DNA from: Patellaria atrata CBS 101060
Taxonomy: Eukaryota
NCBI GenBank assembly: GCA_010093705.1
Contig: MU006093.1
Coordinates: 1,385,301-1,449,300, forward strand
Length of the DNA: 64,000 nucleotides
Direction: 5' to 3'
In this document: positions 36,141 to 47,938 of the stretch, one piece after another
Numbering within the stretch: position 1 is the first letter of the stretch
How the letters are laid out: each line of letters starts with the position of its first letter
The notes under the pieces: model-generated
Told to the model about the DNA's origin: nothing
The model's input: the letters and a program-made list of their open reading frames with translations, nothing else
The model's database searches: none
Translations under genes and position numbers: made by a program

Positions 36141-36533
36141 CGTGCCGTGTTTACGTAGGTTGGGGTAAACAAATGCGTTTCCGAATTGCTTTTGGCTTTA
36201 CTCTCTTGTAGGGATGAGGGTCATAGAAAGGCAGGTACTGCGCTTCTACTGTATCAAGCAGAAATGAAGGACAAATGTACCTATCGCTCAAGGATCATGA
36301 TATGGGAAGGATATTTTGAGCCTCGCGCTTAGAAAACTACCTGACGGCTCTAACCGTGATCATCACCAGCACAACTTACCAACCAAAGCAGTCGAACTTC
36401 CTTGGCGGTACCATTTCTTGTTCTACTTTCTGACACGCCTCGGTAACGTAAACTTGACTTCAATATAAACAGCTGTCAAAGTGCTCTTACGGCTGTCTTG
36501 CATCTACAAAAAGTCCTCAAGCTTTACATCCTC

Positions 36534-37772
36534 ATGGCTTCATCAGCAACTCTACTGCTACTTTCCCCAGCTCCGGACCCAGGAACATTCCTGGTGCTTA
36601 AGGATTTATATGGTCCAGCATTACGAGATGTGCTTAAAAAACTGTCATCCTCAACAACGGAAAGGCCAGGAAAGAAGATCTTGGAAGTCGCATTACCTTG
36701 CTATCATCTATACGGAACAGAAAACCTGTCACGAAGCATTCTCTATCCCAAGACGCAAAAGCTTGTGGCAGGACTTTATAAGTTGATATGCGTCATTGCG
36801 GCACAGGAGTCGATCAATGTAGAAGACGCAGAGGGTATTGACGCTCGAGTTCTTCTTATAGCACATCCCGGCACCGACTCACCTCAGATCAGCCAAGTCA
36901 GTCAGGAGATGGAAGGACCTGTCATTAGCCTATCTACATTGGCATTGAGCGGCAGACAGTGGCATACTATCTATTCTGTCGATACGGAGTTAGGTGAAGA
37001 AGTATTGAAGATTTTTCTAGATGCTAATATCTCTTTTTCAAACGTCCACAAGCTCAGGAGCGGCGCAGTCCCCAGCTCAGGGAATAAACCGTCTGGAATA
37101 CAGAACTTGGCGTTGCATCCTGTACGCACCCATTATTCCCTGGCTGTGGGGGGTACATTTGATCATCTTCACATCGGCCACAAACTCTTACTGACAATGT
37201 TTGTATTTGCTCTCGACAAAGCACCGTCATCCGGAGAAGAGCCCGAACGTAGTCTGACTGTTGGCATCACCGGGGATGCTCTACTTAAGAATAAAAAGTT
37301 CGCCGAGTTTCTTGAAAGCTGGGAGAGACGGAGAGAGTCCACGCATGACTTCATGAGCTCAATCTTGGATTTCAGGCCCCCTGGGGACAGGGACGTAAAG
37401 ACTGAAGAGACGTCAGACCCAGGACCAAACGGGCATGTGGTTAAGGTCACCTTCCCTTCAAAGCTGCACATCAGATACGTCGAGATATGGGATCCTTTTG
37501 GACCGACTATCACAGACGAATCGATAACAGCCTTAATCATTTCCGCAGAGACGAGATCAGGAGGGAAAGCTGTGAACGACAAAAGACTCGAAAAGGGTTG
37601 GCCACCGCTAGAGGTTCTCGAAGTTGATGTTTTGGATCCGGAAGATGCTAATAATGAGAGTCAATCAGACCAAGAGACGGTCGAAACATCTTTCCAAAAT
37701 AAACTTAGCAGCACTGGAATAAGGCGGGCCCAGAGCGAGAAGGCCAACCCGAGACCGGCACAGATACCATAA
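36534..37772 (+). CDS. CAB4: Phosphopantetheine adenylyltransferase (CoA biosynthesis)
   Basis: Intronless. AVGGTFDHLHIGHKLLL (HIGH motif), DPFGPTITDESITALIISAETRSGG.AVNDKR, KLSST. Confidence 0.92.
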   Translation: MASSATLLLLSPAPDPGTFLVLKDLYGPALRDVLKKLSSSTTERPGKKILEVALPCYHLYGTENLSRSILYPKTQKLVAGLYKLICVIAAQESINVEDAEGIDARVLLIAHPGTDSPQISQVSQEMEGPVISLSTLALSGRQWHTIYSVDTELGEEVLKIFLDANISFSNVHKLRSGAVPSSGNKPSGIQNLALHPVRTHYSLAVGGTFDHLHIGHKLLLTMFVFALDKAPSSGEEPERSLTVGITGDALLKNKKFAEFLESWERRRESTHDFMSSILDFRPPGDRDVKTEETSDPGPNGHVVKVTFPSKLHIRYVEIWDPFGPTITDESITALIISAETRSGGKAVNDKRLEKGWPPLEVLEVDVLDPEDANNESQSDQETVETSFQNKLSSTGIRRAQSEKANPRPAQIP

Positions 37773-39811
37773 GCGATGATGTTTATTATCATCTAGGTCG
37801 TGACGTTCTCTCTACCGTCCAGATCCCATTTCTATACCATTGGGGAAGAATTTGACCTCGATGAGGTGAAATATCAACCAACGGTAAGTGACTTATACTA
37901 TCATCTTGAGGGAATTATGATACGAAGACGTGTGGGTGAGACTACATCTGTATCCGATAAACAAGTATTCATGCAGTGGCATGCGGTTGATATTACTGTG
38001 CTTGTGTTACGGCTGGCGTCGTAGCCACAAAGCAAGCGGACGAAAATGGGCAACAGTTAATCAAGGGTCTATAGCTCGTAACGGAGAAGGGCATCGTGTT
38101 TGCTCGAGAGCTCATCTACCGGCCTTAAACAAGAGCAATCACCGCCAGTCTTCGTGTATGGACTTCGGTGGCCTAAGATGACGACTTGCATCACGGATGC
38201 TCGCAAGTGATCCAAGTCGATTGCTCGCCCAGAAGTCGAAGGGGGAAACAGGGTACCGGCAGGGGAATGATGCGAGCCGGGCTTCTGTACGAGCCTGCAA
38301 AAGGGTTTGAAAAACGAATCCTTCTGAGGCGGACGACGATGCAATGTATGTAGGTATATGTACGCGGCCATGGTATGAAGGGGTCGTTTTGCGGGTATGA
38401 AATTAAATGCTGCGTGTTCTATCTGCACGGCTTTCTGCACTGCTCCTGGCCCAGCGGCTATATCGGCGAACCAGAGTGTCTTTTACTACCATGATGATAT
38501 GCAGGCCACTGTATGCTCGGGTTACTCGAGCCTCCTAGCCTTACCTCGTAACCTTGCACTGGTAACATATATGGGTACGGAGGTACCTATAACCTTTAAG
38601 ATATGGATGGATACTGTAAGGTATTCCGTAACATGGTATCAATTCCCAGAACGTTCAATTGATGGGATGTCCCTCAGCACCTCATGCTCGGCCGACCAAG
38701 GGAAAGGGTCGGTGTGTATGTATGTATGAATGTCTCGATTGTCAGTAGTTACAGTAGGCCTAGTTCTATTAACTGAAAAGCTATCATTAGAACTATACCT
38801 TACCTTATGAGCTTGCTGACCGCAAACAACTTAGGTTTTATTGCTACAGCTTCTGCTATAGCCCAGCACCACTCCGGATTGCTTCATTAACACCTCCACG
38901 TCACTCCTGTCGCATATGATCTAGTAATACAGGGCTGTCAGACACGGAATTCGAGAGAAAAGGTCTCTTTGATTAAGTTTGTCTAGATGGCCTTCTCCCA
39001 TACGTTGAGGAAGGGATTTTCACTTTCTCCCCGGTGCCCAGTTCCCATTTTCCCATTTCCTTTACCTTACTGTAACAGTTTATATGCTGCTTCCATGTGT
39101 GCTTCGCTGGCAAAGATGCAGCTAGAAAGTAGGAACTGGGGTGTTCCGCAGCACCCTTCTCCTTTTTCTTGTTCACTACTCCGACGGGCAATGGATTCCT
39201 GAACCAAGGGCCAACACCACGGCGCCTATCCCATGTTCACAAGCCTCTCCTGGGCCTCCGGTGCATGCAACGCACGCATCGAATCGTCTAAACGGGACGG
39301 GTGTATCCCGCAGAAATTTTCGCATACACTAATGATCATGTGATCTGCCGAGAGAAGGCCCATCTCCCTTCTGCGCCGGTTGATTGGTTGCATGCGACCG
39401 CAAGGCTTCGAATGTGTTGGTGTTGGAACTTCCTAGCAGCTCCCTCGTCCCCCAAGTGTCCCCTAACTCCCCTTTAGAACTGCGACCTCTACCGCATGCC
39501 CACTTCCCTCATTCCACTCACGATATCGCTCGGCTGACACTGCTGCAGTATGCTGCGTTGCTGCTGTCATGTTGCATTCATTGCTGCTTTGCTTTTATTG
39601 CGCACTCCTTAGCGGCCATCTTTACCTTATCCCTCTTGCTTCTCACCCTCTCCGTGTGCTGCTCCCATCTCTCCTGTCTTGCGCAAGTCTCATCACATCG
39701 TCACATCGTCTTTGGAGTCAAGTTGCGACGCGTGGTGTCCCTCGCTCACTTCCAGACCTCATCGTCACCATTTTAGCCGGTCCATGAGTTATCTACCCCG
39801 CGTTGTCCGGA

Positions 39812-41504
39812 ATGGCTTCATACTCCACCATTCTGGGCCTCTCCAACGAGCTCCTCCGTGATATACTCGACTATATCGAAGCTGATCCTGAAAAATTCAT
39901 CAGCGTTGACCGCCGCGCGTACTTGTCGCAAGAGAGCTTCAAGGCGCCGGAAAGACCACCACCTAACCAGGCTCAAAATTTGGCTAGCTTTAGACTAACA
40001 TGTAGGAGGTTTTCAGAGTTGGGAGCTATCCATCAGTTTGCTCGCGTGACGACTAGATTCTCTAGGCATGGATTGGAGCGATTGGAGAATATTGCCGGGC
40101 AACCGCACTTAGCAAAGCATGTTAAGAAGTTCAGTTATATGGTACCTTACTTCTATATAGAAGGTTCATATATCTCCATGATGGTCAAACACTACTTGTA
40201 CTAATGCACATTCAGGCAGAGGGCGCGTTCAGCAAGTACTCCCAACATTACAGGGAAGCCTTGGATCTCTCAATATTGGACTCTTCGTGGAGAAGTTCAA
40301 TGAGCAAAGGGAAATTGTTCAGACGGAAGAGGACGAAAGAGTCCTGAAAAAAGCTCTTTCCGCATTTACTTCCCTGCAACATGTTCAAATCCTTCGGGTA
40401 CAGGACCAGCAGGACGGAATGCTCCTATCTTATATTCGCCGGCATAATAGTCTGAACGAACTGCTCGAGATTAAGTGGGCTCCAGCTTGTTCCCACAGCA
40501 CGAGGACACTAGGTGCAGCAATGCTTGCCACCAGATCCCCATGTTCTCGTTTCTCTTCCCCAATGTTGAGTCCTCAAAGCGCCCTCGGCCTCTCCGAGCA
40601 TCAAACACAGTTCATATCTGCACTCGCAGAGCGACTTACCTGTTTGGAATTGCACTTCGATGATGGTACAGACCTAGATGAGCGGATGGGTCAACTCTCA
40701 GGTCTTTTCAAAGCTGTATTCACCTCGGCACGTAATCTACAGGCGGTGCATCTAGGCTTCCCCTCGCATCGTCCTCTCAGTCTGAAGCTGGAGGACATAT
40801 TCCATAACGTTCGATGGGAGAAACTTATAGCTTTCGGGATCCAGGCCTGGAAATTAGACGCGGACGAGATTATTGGACTTGCACGACGTCATAAGGACAA
40901 ACTCAAAGGTCTACGACTAAGAGATGTGTTAATGAAAGACGGAAGCATGTGGAAAGATGTCCTCGCTTTCTTGAGAGAAGAGATGCAGCGCTTGGATTGG
41001 GTTAGTCTTAGAAGGATAGGCTATGCGAAGCAGTTCGAAGAACAATGGGCTATGGGGGCGGAAATCCCCGATGACCCACCGGGGGGTGCGAGTGATAGCT
41101 CGGATGAAAGTGAGGAAGATAACTTGGATCCACCACCAGACATGGACAACGTGGACGACAGCGACGAGTTTTCTAATCACGACAGTCATGAAGATGATGA
41201 TAATGACGATGTTTACGATAATAATGACGACCACGAGAGCGATATCTCTGATTCAGTGGACTCCGGAGAACAGTCGGAATCGGATGATGAGCACGGACCG
41301 AATGCTCATGAACTCGACTTCCCAGGCACACTAATGCCAGACACACCAGCTTCCGCCACGTGGTGCAGATGTGGCGACCGAAATTCCTACCCCGAAAGTG
41401 CGGAAGAACTCGGCGACGACGGAGTTTTCGTTAGCAACACACAGAGAAAGATGTGGGAGAAATGGGTAGTACGGGGTTGTCCTGAGCACGGAAGTGGAAG
41501 CTGA
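39812..41504 (+). CDS. Conserved hypothetical protein with an N-terminal F-box-like motif and an acidic C-terminal tract
   Basis: Exons 39812-40163 and 40216-41504 (intron GTTCAT...CTAAT...CAG). ILGLSNELLRDILDYI...SFRLTCRRF (F-box-like), LRR/RNI-like body, D/E-rich tract, C-terminal WCRC...CPEH. Confidence 0.85.
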
Positions 41505-42759
41505 TATGAGTGAGCTTCCCTACCAGGGGACTTCTAATTTCTTTACAAGGGGTATACTTATTCTTCTTTTCCCCCGACTATTAATTAGAAAATTTCCATT
41601 TTTGTGCCTCCATTTCCTTCAGACGAAAAGCCAGTCGGAGGCTACCTTTTAGCATTTTACAAGGCGTACTTTTGCAACTTCAGTCCGTTGCTTTTCTGTC
41701 GCCTTAGCATTGGGTATCTTCCTTCGATTGTCTCACGAGTCGGCGTTTCGAGGTGTATGGAGATATTTCTTTTCCAATATGTCTTGGTGGACTATCTGCT
41801 CGAAAATATTTGGTAAAAGCCTCACGCTGCATTTGTTAGTGTGACCGAATGGGAGGCTAAACCCAACAGCTCCTGTTGATATCTGGTAACTTTTAGATTC
41901 ATACATACTTTGTAAACAGCGATTTACACTGTTATTCAAATTATTTGACGTTTGCTTTTACTTGAAGATTCTCGATCCACAGCTTTTGGTCTTTAATGAA
42001 CCTTACTAAACTGGTCGCAGAAGTACGGAGCTTTCCCGTCTTGACAGCAAACACACACAGCAGATTCGATGCAACTTACCACCCTCATCCCGACCCGTCC
42101 TGCCAACACGCAATCATCAAAGGTCCATCTAAAGAACGCGCAGATGCTGTAAGCATAACTATCAGCGATCGGATCCTCGGCCTATCTCTTAGGCACATGC
42201 CAGGACATCATGATGCCCGCCTTATACGAGCCTTCAGACATGTCTAACACCTCCACACTCGAGCACCGCCCTATCTAAACGTGGGAATAAACATCCACAT
42301 GACTTCGCATCGATGCAGATCGGACCGTAGGATCCGGACCTTCTCGCTTCGCTCCTTCGCTCTCTTTTTTTATCTGTATGTCTCACCTTGAACGTGGGGT
42401 TGCCAGCGCACCCACGACTCACCGACGCCAAAAACCACTGCCGCGTGGAAATCTCTCACGGTTTCATTTTGTGTCGTGCATCTTGGATTTATAATATGAT
42501 CGTCATATGAGCGGTTCGTCGATGCAACTAAATTGTTAGACGTGTAGAGGTACCTAAATTTCGATTGGGGTCATATTTTCCGGATACAGAGGTGGGTCTT
42601 CGTAACGACGCACTCGAGATACTGATGATGTAGGATATGGGCTTTCTTTATTATTACTTTATTTTTCAAGTCTTTTTATTTTTATTTCCATCGTATTGTA
42701 CACCTCCCCGTTGTCCTGCGTATGTGATGTAGACGATTAAACATCTCGTCCAAATAGAG

Positions 42760-42800
42760 AAAACTAAAAAGAAAAAAACAAAAAAAAAAAAACATACAAA
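42760..42800 (+). repeat. Poly(A)-rich tract
   Basis: A-runs visible directly (aaaaagaaaaaaacaaaaaaaaaaaaacatacaaaa). Confidence 0.8.
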
Positions 42801-43574
42801 AGTACTAACCCATATCCCATAATGTCCCCGTACGAATCATCTTCCACCTCCTTCAACTCCAGGCAAAACCCCCAACGATCGAGACGGGCGCCGTTGACCT
42901 ACTCGGATGCGGAGTCGCGCCTGGGATATTCAAACTCTGTAACGAGGTGTTGTCGGTTCTCCCATACCCCAAAGCCCGCCTCAGATAAGCAGCAAAAGTA
43001 AGGTAGTAACGTACTCTAACTACGCGATATATACCACCAAGTTACCTTCGACGAGCTTCAACTAAATTAAAAACGGTGGTGAGATACAGTCCCATCGATG
43101 CCCCTAACCCCGATATCCAAACCTCCTATACCTAGCCGGTAAGCCGTCGGATCGGGCAGCGCGAACAACTGCTCTCAAGGATGCATTATAGAGAGCTGGT
43201 TGGCCATGAGTTCTGGCGTAGAACCATCAACGACAGAGAACGGACAGACAGGCATATACGGCTCTCCCTTCTCAATCACACCCCCCAAGTTACAAATAAA
43301 ATATAACAATCAATTCCCAAGACTTCTAAAAGTCCAGTTTATGGAGTCCACTAAGTAAACTAAAACCCAGTCTCGATAAGATTCGTGCATATCTATGCCC
43401 CTACCACGATAACCGATCCAGTATTTTATATATGAAATGCCCATAAAACCATGTCATCCCACGCCGATCGATGCCATTCAAACCACTCTCCTTCACCCCT
43501 CGTTCCTTCACCCCACCCACCATAACCCGCGAGGAATCCCACAATTCTAAGATCCAAAGATGTTCAGCACCAGT

Positions 43575-46500
43575 CTATTCATACCTCGGATCCTCATCCA
43601 CCACCGCCGCTGGCGTCTCCGGCATCCCATACCCCGGCGTATCCGGGAACGCACCAGGCGTCGGCGCCGCAGCTGGCGTGCTATAAACCCCCCCGTACCC
43701 ACCATAGCCCCTCGGCGTGGGACGATCGGAGGTATCGCCGGGCGTCGGGGCGCCGAAACCAGGAGTCGGAGCGTCGAACGCGGCGCCCGGGGTAGCACCG
43801 GGAGTCGGGGCGGAGATGGGCGCGCTGGATGCGGAGTTGGCGTGGTAGGCGGGGGTGCGGGAGCCGAGGTTGTGGGAGTGTGAGGACGAGGGGGTGGGGG
43901 CGTGCCAGGCGGGAGTTTTGGGGCCGGTGTAGGCGTCTCCGCTGCCGCCGCTGGAGGTGCCGTGGGATCCGTGGAAGGGGGTGCGGGAGTTGGGATTCCA
44001 AGTTGAGGACTGGGGGATGGTTAACTTGACATACAAAACAGGTAGTAGATTGATGGATACTCACTCCTCCCCCTCCGTAAGCCGTCTGTGAACCGCTCCC
44101 ACCGTAAGTTGTCCTGTTCCCATCTGCGTGCCCCCATGCTGGTGTTCTTGCCGAGCTGGCCTGCTGATGCCATGCTGGGGTCCTTCCTCCGTGCATAGCT
44201 GCTGCCGGTGTTCTACCGCCGGCTTGCTGGTTCCAAGCTGGAGTTCTCCCCCCCGAGGGGGGGGCCATGGGTGTTCTACCACCGGCAAAGCCATCAGATG
44301 CACGAGGTGTGCCGGCGCCGAAACGGCCACCGACTGCGCCAGGGCGACCTCTGCCTGCGCCAAAGCCGACGCTGACATTTTGGCCTGTGATGGGATCCTT
44401 GATTGCGAGAGATTCTCGGGAGACGCTGATGATTTTGTTCTTGCCGTGGAGTTCGACGCGGGCCGATTCATCCGAAGAATCTTTGACGATGCCTAGTAAG
44501 CCTTTATACGGTCCTTTTCGTACAGTGACGGTTTTTCCGAGTAGTCTATCGCGGCCCATGAGTTTAGGTGGGCCCATAGCATTGCCATTTGCCGCATTAC
44601 CGCGCTGGAAAGCGGGATTCATCTTTGAGAGATCCGGGCCTGCGCTGTTGACCTTGCCCCCCTTTGCGGCAACGGTCGTCACGTTTGAGCTGCGCACGAC
44701 AAAGAGGCCGGCGTTCTCGGTTTGGGTGCGATTCTGGATGAACAGGAAGTTGCGGTGGATATGCAGGACACGACCTGATCTGCCCTCACCGTAGTTCTCC
44801 TTGACGGTATCGTCGTTGCGGATCTCAGAACCATCGCGATCTGTTGCGACAGCGTGGCGTCGGCGTTCAATTCTGTTAGATATGTTGGAGGGTAGAAGAG
44901 ACCGAACGGTGTCATTCTGGTCGAGCACACGTAGAGAATCCCGATCTACCTTTATCACACATGCAACAGTTGAGGCACTATTCTCACGTTAGAACATCAT
45001 CAATTTCATAATTTCAAGGGAAAGACTTACTCAAGTTGTACAAGATCATAAAGATCGTATTTCGAGGAATTTATCGCAGCACCCGAGTCCGAAGCTGTAC
45101 GCAAGTCTCGAGCAAAGACCGTAATTTCTTGGTTATTCGAATCCGTGAGGAGCGTCACCCTGTCATCCTTAACCTTGATAACCATACCTACTTCGTCTGT
45201 ATATTTGCTGCCTCCAATGACTTTAACGTGGTCACCGTCCCTGAACAGCTTCCGGAGAGCTTTGACAGGCGCTTCGATGATCTGGCCTTTCATCTCACCT
45301 TCAGAAACACGAAGGGTGACCACTTGGTTGTGCACGCCAATAGCTTTGCCACAGACACCTTGTTGTTCGCCTTGGAAAATCTCGACCATGTCTCCAGGTA
45401 AGAATTCCACAGCTGTGCTGGTCTCTCGTATAGTCGCAGCAAGAGCTGCAAGATCAAGGTTATCAGTACCCTCCTCATTTGATGATGCAAATTTTGTAAC
45501 CTCCTCAAGTGTTGGATTCACATTTTCAGTCTGGAGATGGTTTATCTTGAAGTCTTTGACAAGGAAGCCATCGACATATGTATCCGGTCCATAATTCCAT
45601 ACCTTCTTCCCCAGCGTGCCGGTGCCAAGGCTTAGAATTCTACCATGCCTCTTCTTAGCTTCGGTCTCACTAAAAAGTCGCGCGGGGGGTCTGTTGGCCT
45701 TGGTACTTTTTGGTGGTAAGCGTTTTCGCTTGCCGCTTGCATCCAGAATGAGCGCACCGGGATCCTCGTTGTTACCATAATCGAGACGAGGTACGATCCG
45801 GAGTGTAACCTCTAGTCCATTGGATTCGACGGCGTCAACGGCTGCAAGATCCCCTTCATACTTGCCTCGTTTTATCCGTACATACATCCCTGGCTCCAAG
45901 GTCTTGGACGCTGTCGTTTTCAACAGAGATGTCATTTCACCCACTTGAATCAGAACTGGAGCGTTAGGCCTAACATATGCGTTCTGAATACCATCACACG
46001 CGGCAATGACATCTTCTCGTTTCCTGGCCTCCACGTACACGTGTCCGATCATAGCGGTCCCTCCGCGTTCGAATGCTGAGTGAATCCCAAGAGGATCCCT
46101 AGTGTTGATTCTGTCTTCGAATCGCTTCATGATTGACATGACGACTTCCCTCTCCTTGCCCGGCTTACATTTAACAGCCCAGATGCTGGGGTCGTCAACA
46201 GTTGGTACGAGCAAAGACTGTGATACCATAGCAGAATCTGCGTTTCTCGTTGTGCGGTTTCGGCCATATCTTTCTTTGAGCAACGCTGCCTGCTTCTCAG
46301 CATCCAGATTCGCCTCCAGATCCCTCTTTCTGTCCAATTCTCTATGTCTCCGGTCATCTGTTTCGGCTCCGGCTGGCATGTCTACGAGATCATCAGGGTG
46401 CATTTCGTCCGGGAGATCTTCGTCTTCATCAAGATCTTCTTCATCTTCATCATCGACCTCGGCTTCGACATCGATGAATTGGAGCCTAGCGTCCCGTCTT

Positions 46501-46910
46501 CGTCGTTTACGAGGATGTCCCTACTCCTGTCAATGATCCATTATAGTGCGATTCTGAACTACTATTCATACCGTAACTTCATCTTCCTCATCATCATCTT
46601 CTTCATCTTCCTCGTCGTCCTCGCCTCCCTCGGCGTCTTCTTCATCCTCCTCGCCCTCGTTGTCACCGTTAGCATCATTTAGCCCATCGGTTTCATCATC
46701 TTGGCTCTTTTTCCGGTCTTGTTGTTTGCTCTTGGGCGGGCTTGACCCTTCATCTTCGTTATCATTCTCTTCATCCTCGCGGTTGGAGCTTTTATTGTTT
46801 GCCTTGCTATGAGTTTCCTCTTCATTGTCGGAATCGACGGCGGGTGCTGGGTTGAAGTCCTCGTCCTCGGACTCGGAACCGCCAAAATCATGGTTTGCGA
46901 AGCTGGCCAT
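43575..46910 (-). CDS. SPT5: Transcription elongation factor Spt5
   Basis: Exons 46910-46572, 46520-45031, 44977-44065 and 44009-43575. Acidic N-terminus, FIDVEAEVDD, NGN domain (PTVDDPSIWAVKCKPGKERE), several KOW motifs, C-terminal repeats. Confidence 0.97.
43620..44300 (-). repeat. Spt5 C-terminal repeats (GGRTPAW-type, then APTPG-type)
   Basis: The translation shows repeated GGRTPAW/SRTPAY/KTPAW followed by APTPG units (Cdk9/Bur1 phosphorylation sites). Confidence 0.85.
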
Positions 46911-47471
46911 TGTAATCAGAATTTAGGTATTGGAAGTGAGGTCGAGGAAGAGGGAAAGCGAAGGTTAGTAGGTATAGGAGGGTGTATGTTTTCTTTATTG
47001 TCCACACTACCTATAGTTAAGAACAGAATGCTGAGCACGGAGCTTACGATTAGCGTCTTGGCTCTATTTCACCTCCGCTCGAGCCTCATCGCTATAACCT
47101 ACCCGTAGGAAAATCTCTAAGAGCAAACACTAAGCGATCGGATCCTAACATACCTTAAGCTGGTTTTAGGAATTCATTTCCATTCAACTGACGCAGTTTA
47201 CGAGACTTAGACATGTCTAAAATTGGCTATCTAAAACATCAATTACTTCCATTACGGAGCAGCACAAGTGCTCAAATAAAGTAGCCAATGAACAATCCCG
47301 CAAGCAACCCTATAGCCATGTCCTAGAAGCAAAGATAAAATTTGCCCTGAAAATTCAGTTAAGAAAAACATACGACTGGAGTGGAAATCTCAGTGATAAG
47401 ACAATTCGAAATCAAGGGTCTTTGCAGTTAGCAAAACCCATCATGACCAACGCCAAATCAAAAATACTGTA

Positions 47472-47921
47472 TCAAACGCCCCTTTCCGACATGGCCTCAT
47501 GGGGTTCCGCAGGTATTACGCAATCTTCAACACTCGGCCACATGTTCTCTGCGCGTTTCCATTTCTGCGTTCGTGTCATGGCTCGTTCAACTCGAGCCTC
47601 CTCTTTAAGACGTCTGCTTTCAGCGCTCTTTCCTGGCAAGAGTTTCTTTGCAGGTGAGAGGAATTGAAAACGCTTCGAGCTCTTTCTCTCCTCCTTTTTC
47701 TTCTCAGGCGACCCAATTTGCCCTTCCGTAGATCCATCCACCTGCTCACTCTTTATATCAGACAGAACAACCGACTCGCTTACTGTCTCATCCGAACTCC
47801 GTAAAATTCCTCGTCTTATTTGTTGTCTCGGTAAGGGGGAGCGCATATACTGGCGGGGAGTGTCCAAGGTCTCGTCCATTGATTGTTTCGGGTCTGCAGC
47901 ATCTGACGATTGCGCCCCGCT
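47472..47921 (-). CDS. Putative alternative last exon of PPZ1 (149-aa charged C-terminal extension)
   Basis: A second acceptor (TTCTAAT...AAGTAG|AGC) opens a phase-0 frame that is open for 150 codons and contains the 135-aa ORF at 47472-47879. Confidence 0.55.
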   Translation of the reverse strand, partial: SGAQSSDAADPKQSMDETLDTPRQYMRSPLPRQQIRRGILRSSDETVSESVVLSDIKSEQVDGSTEGQIGSPEKKKEERKSSKRFQFLSPAKKLLPGKSAESRRLKEEARVERAMTRTQKWKRAENMWPSVEDCVIPAEPHEAMSERGV

Positions 47922-47938
47922 CTACTTGCGCGTCGTTA

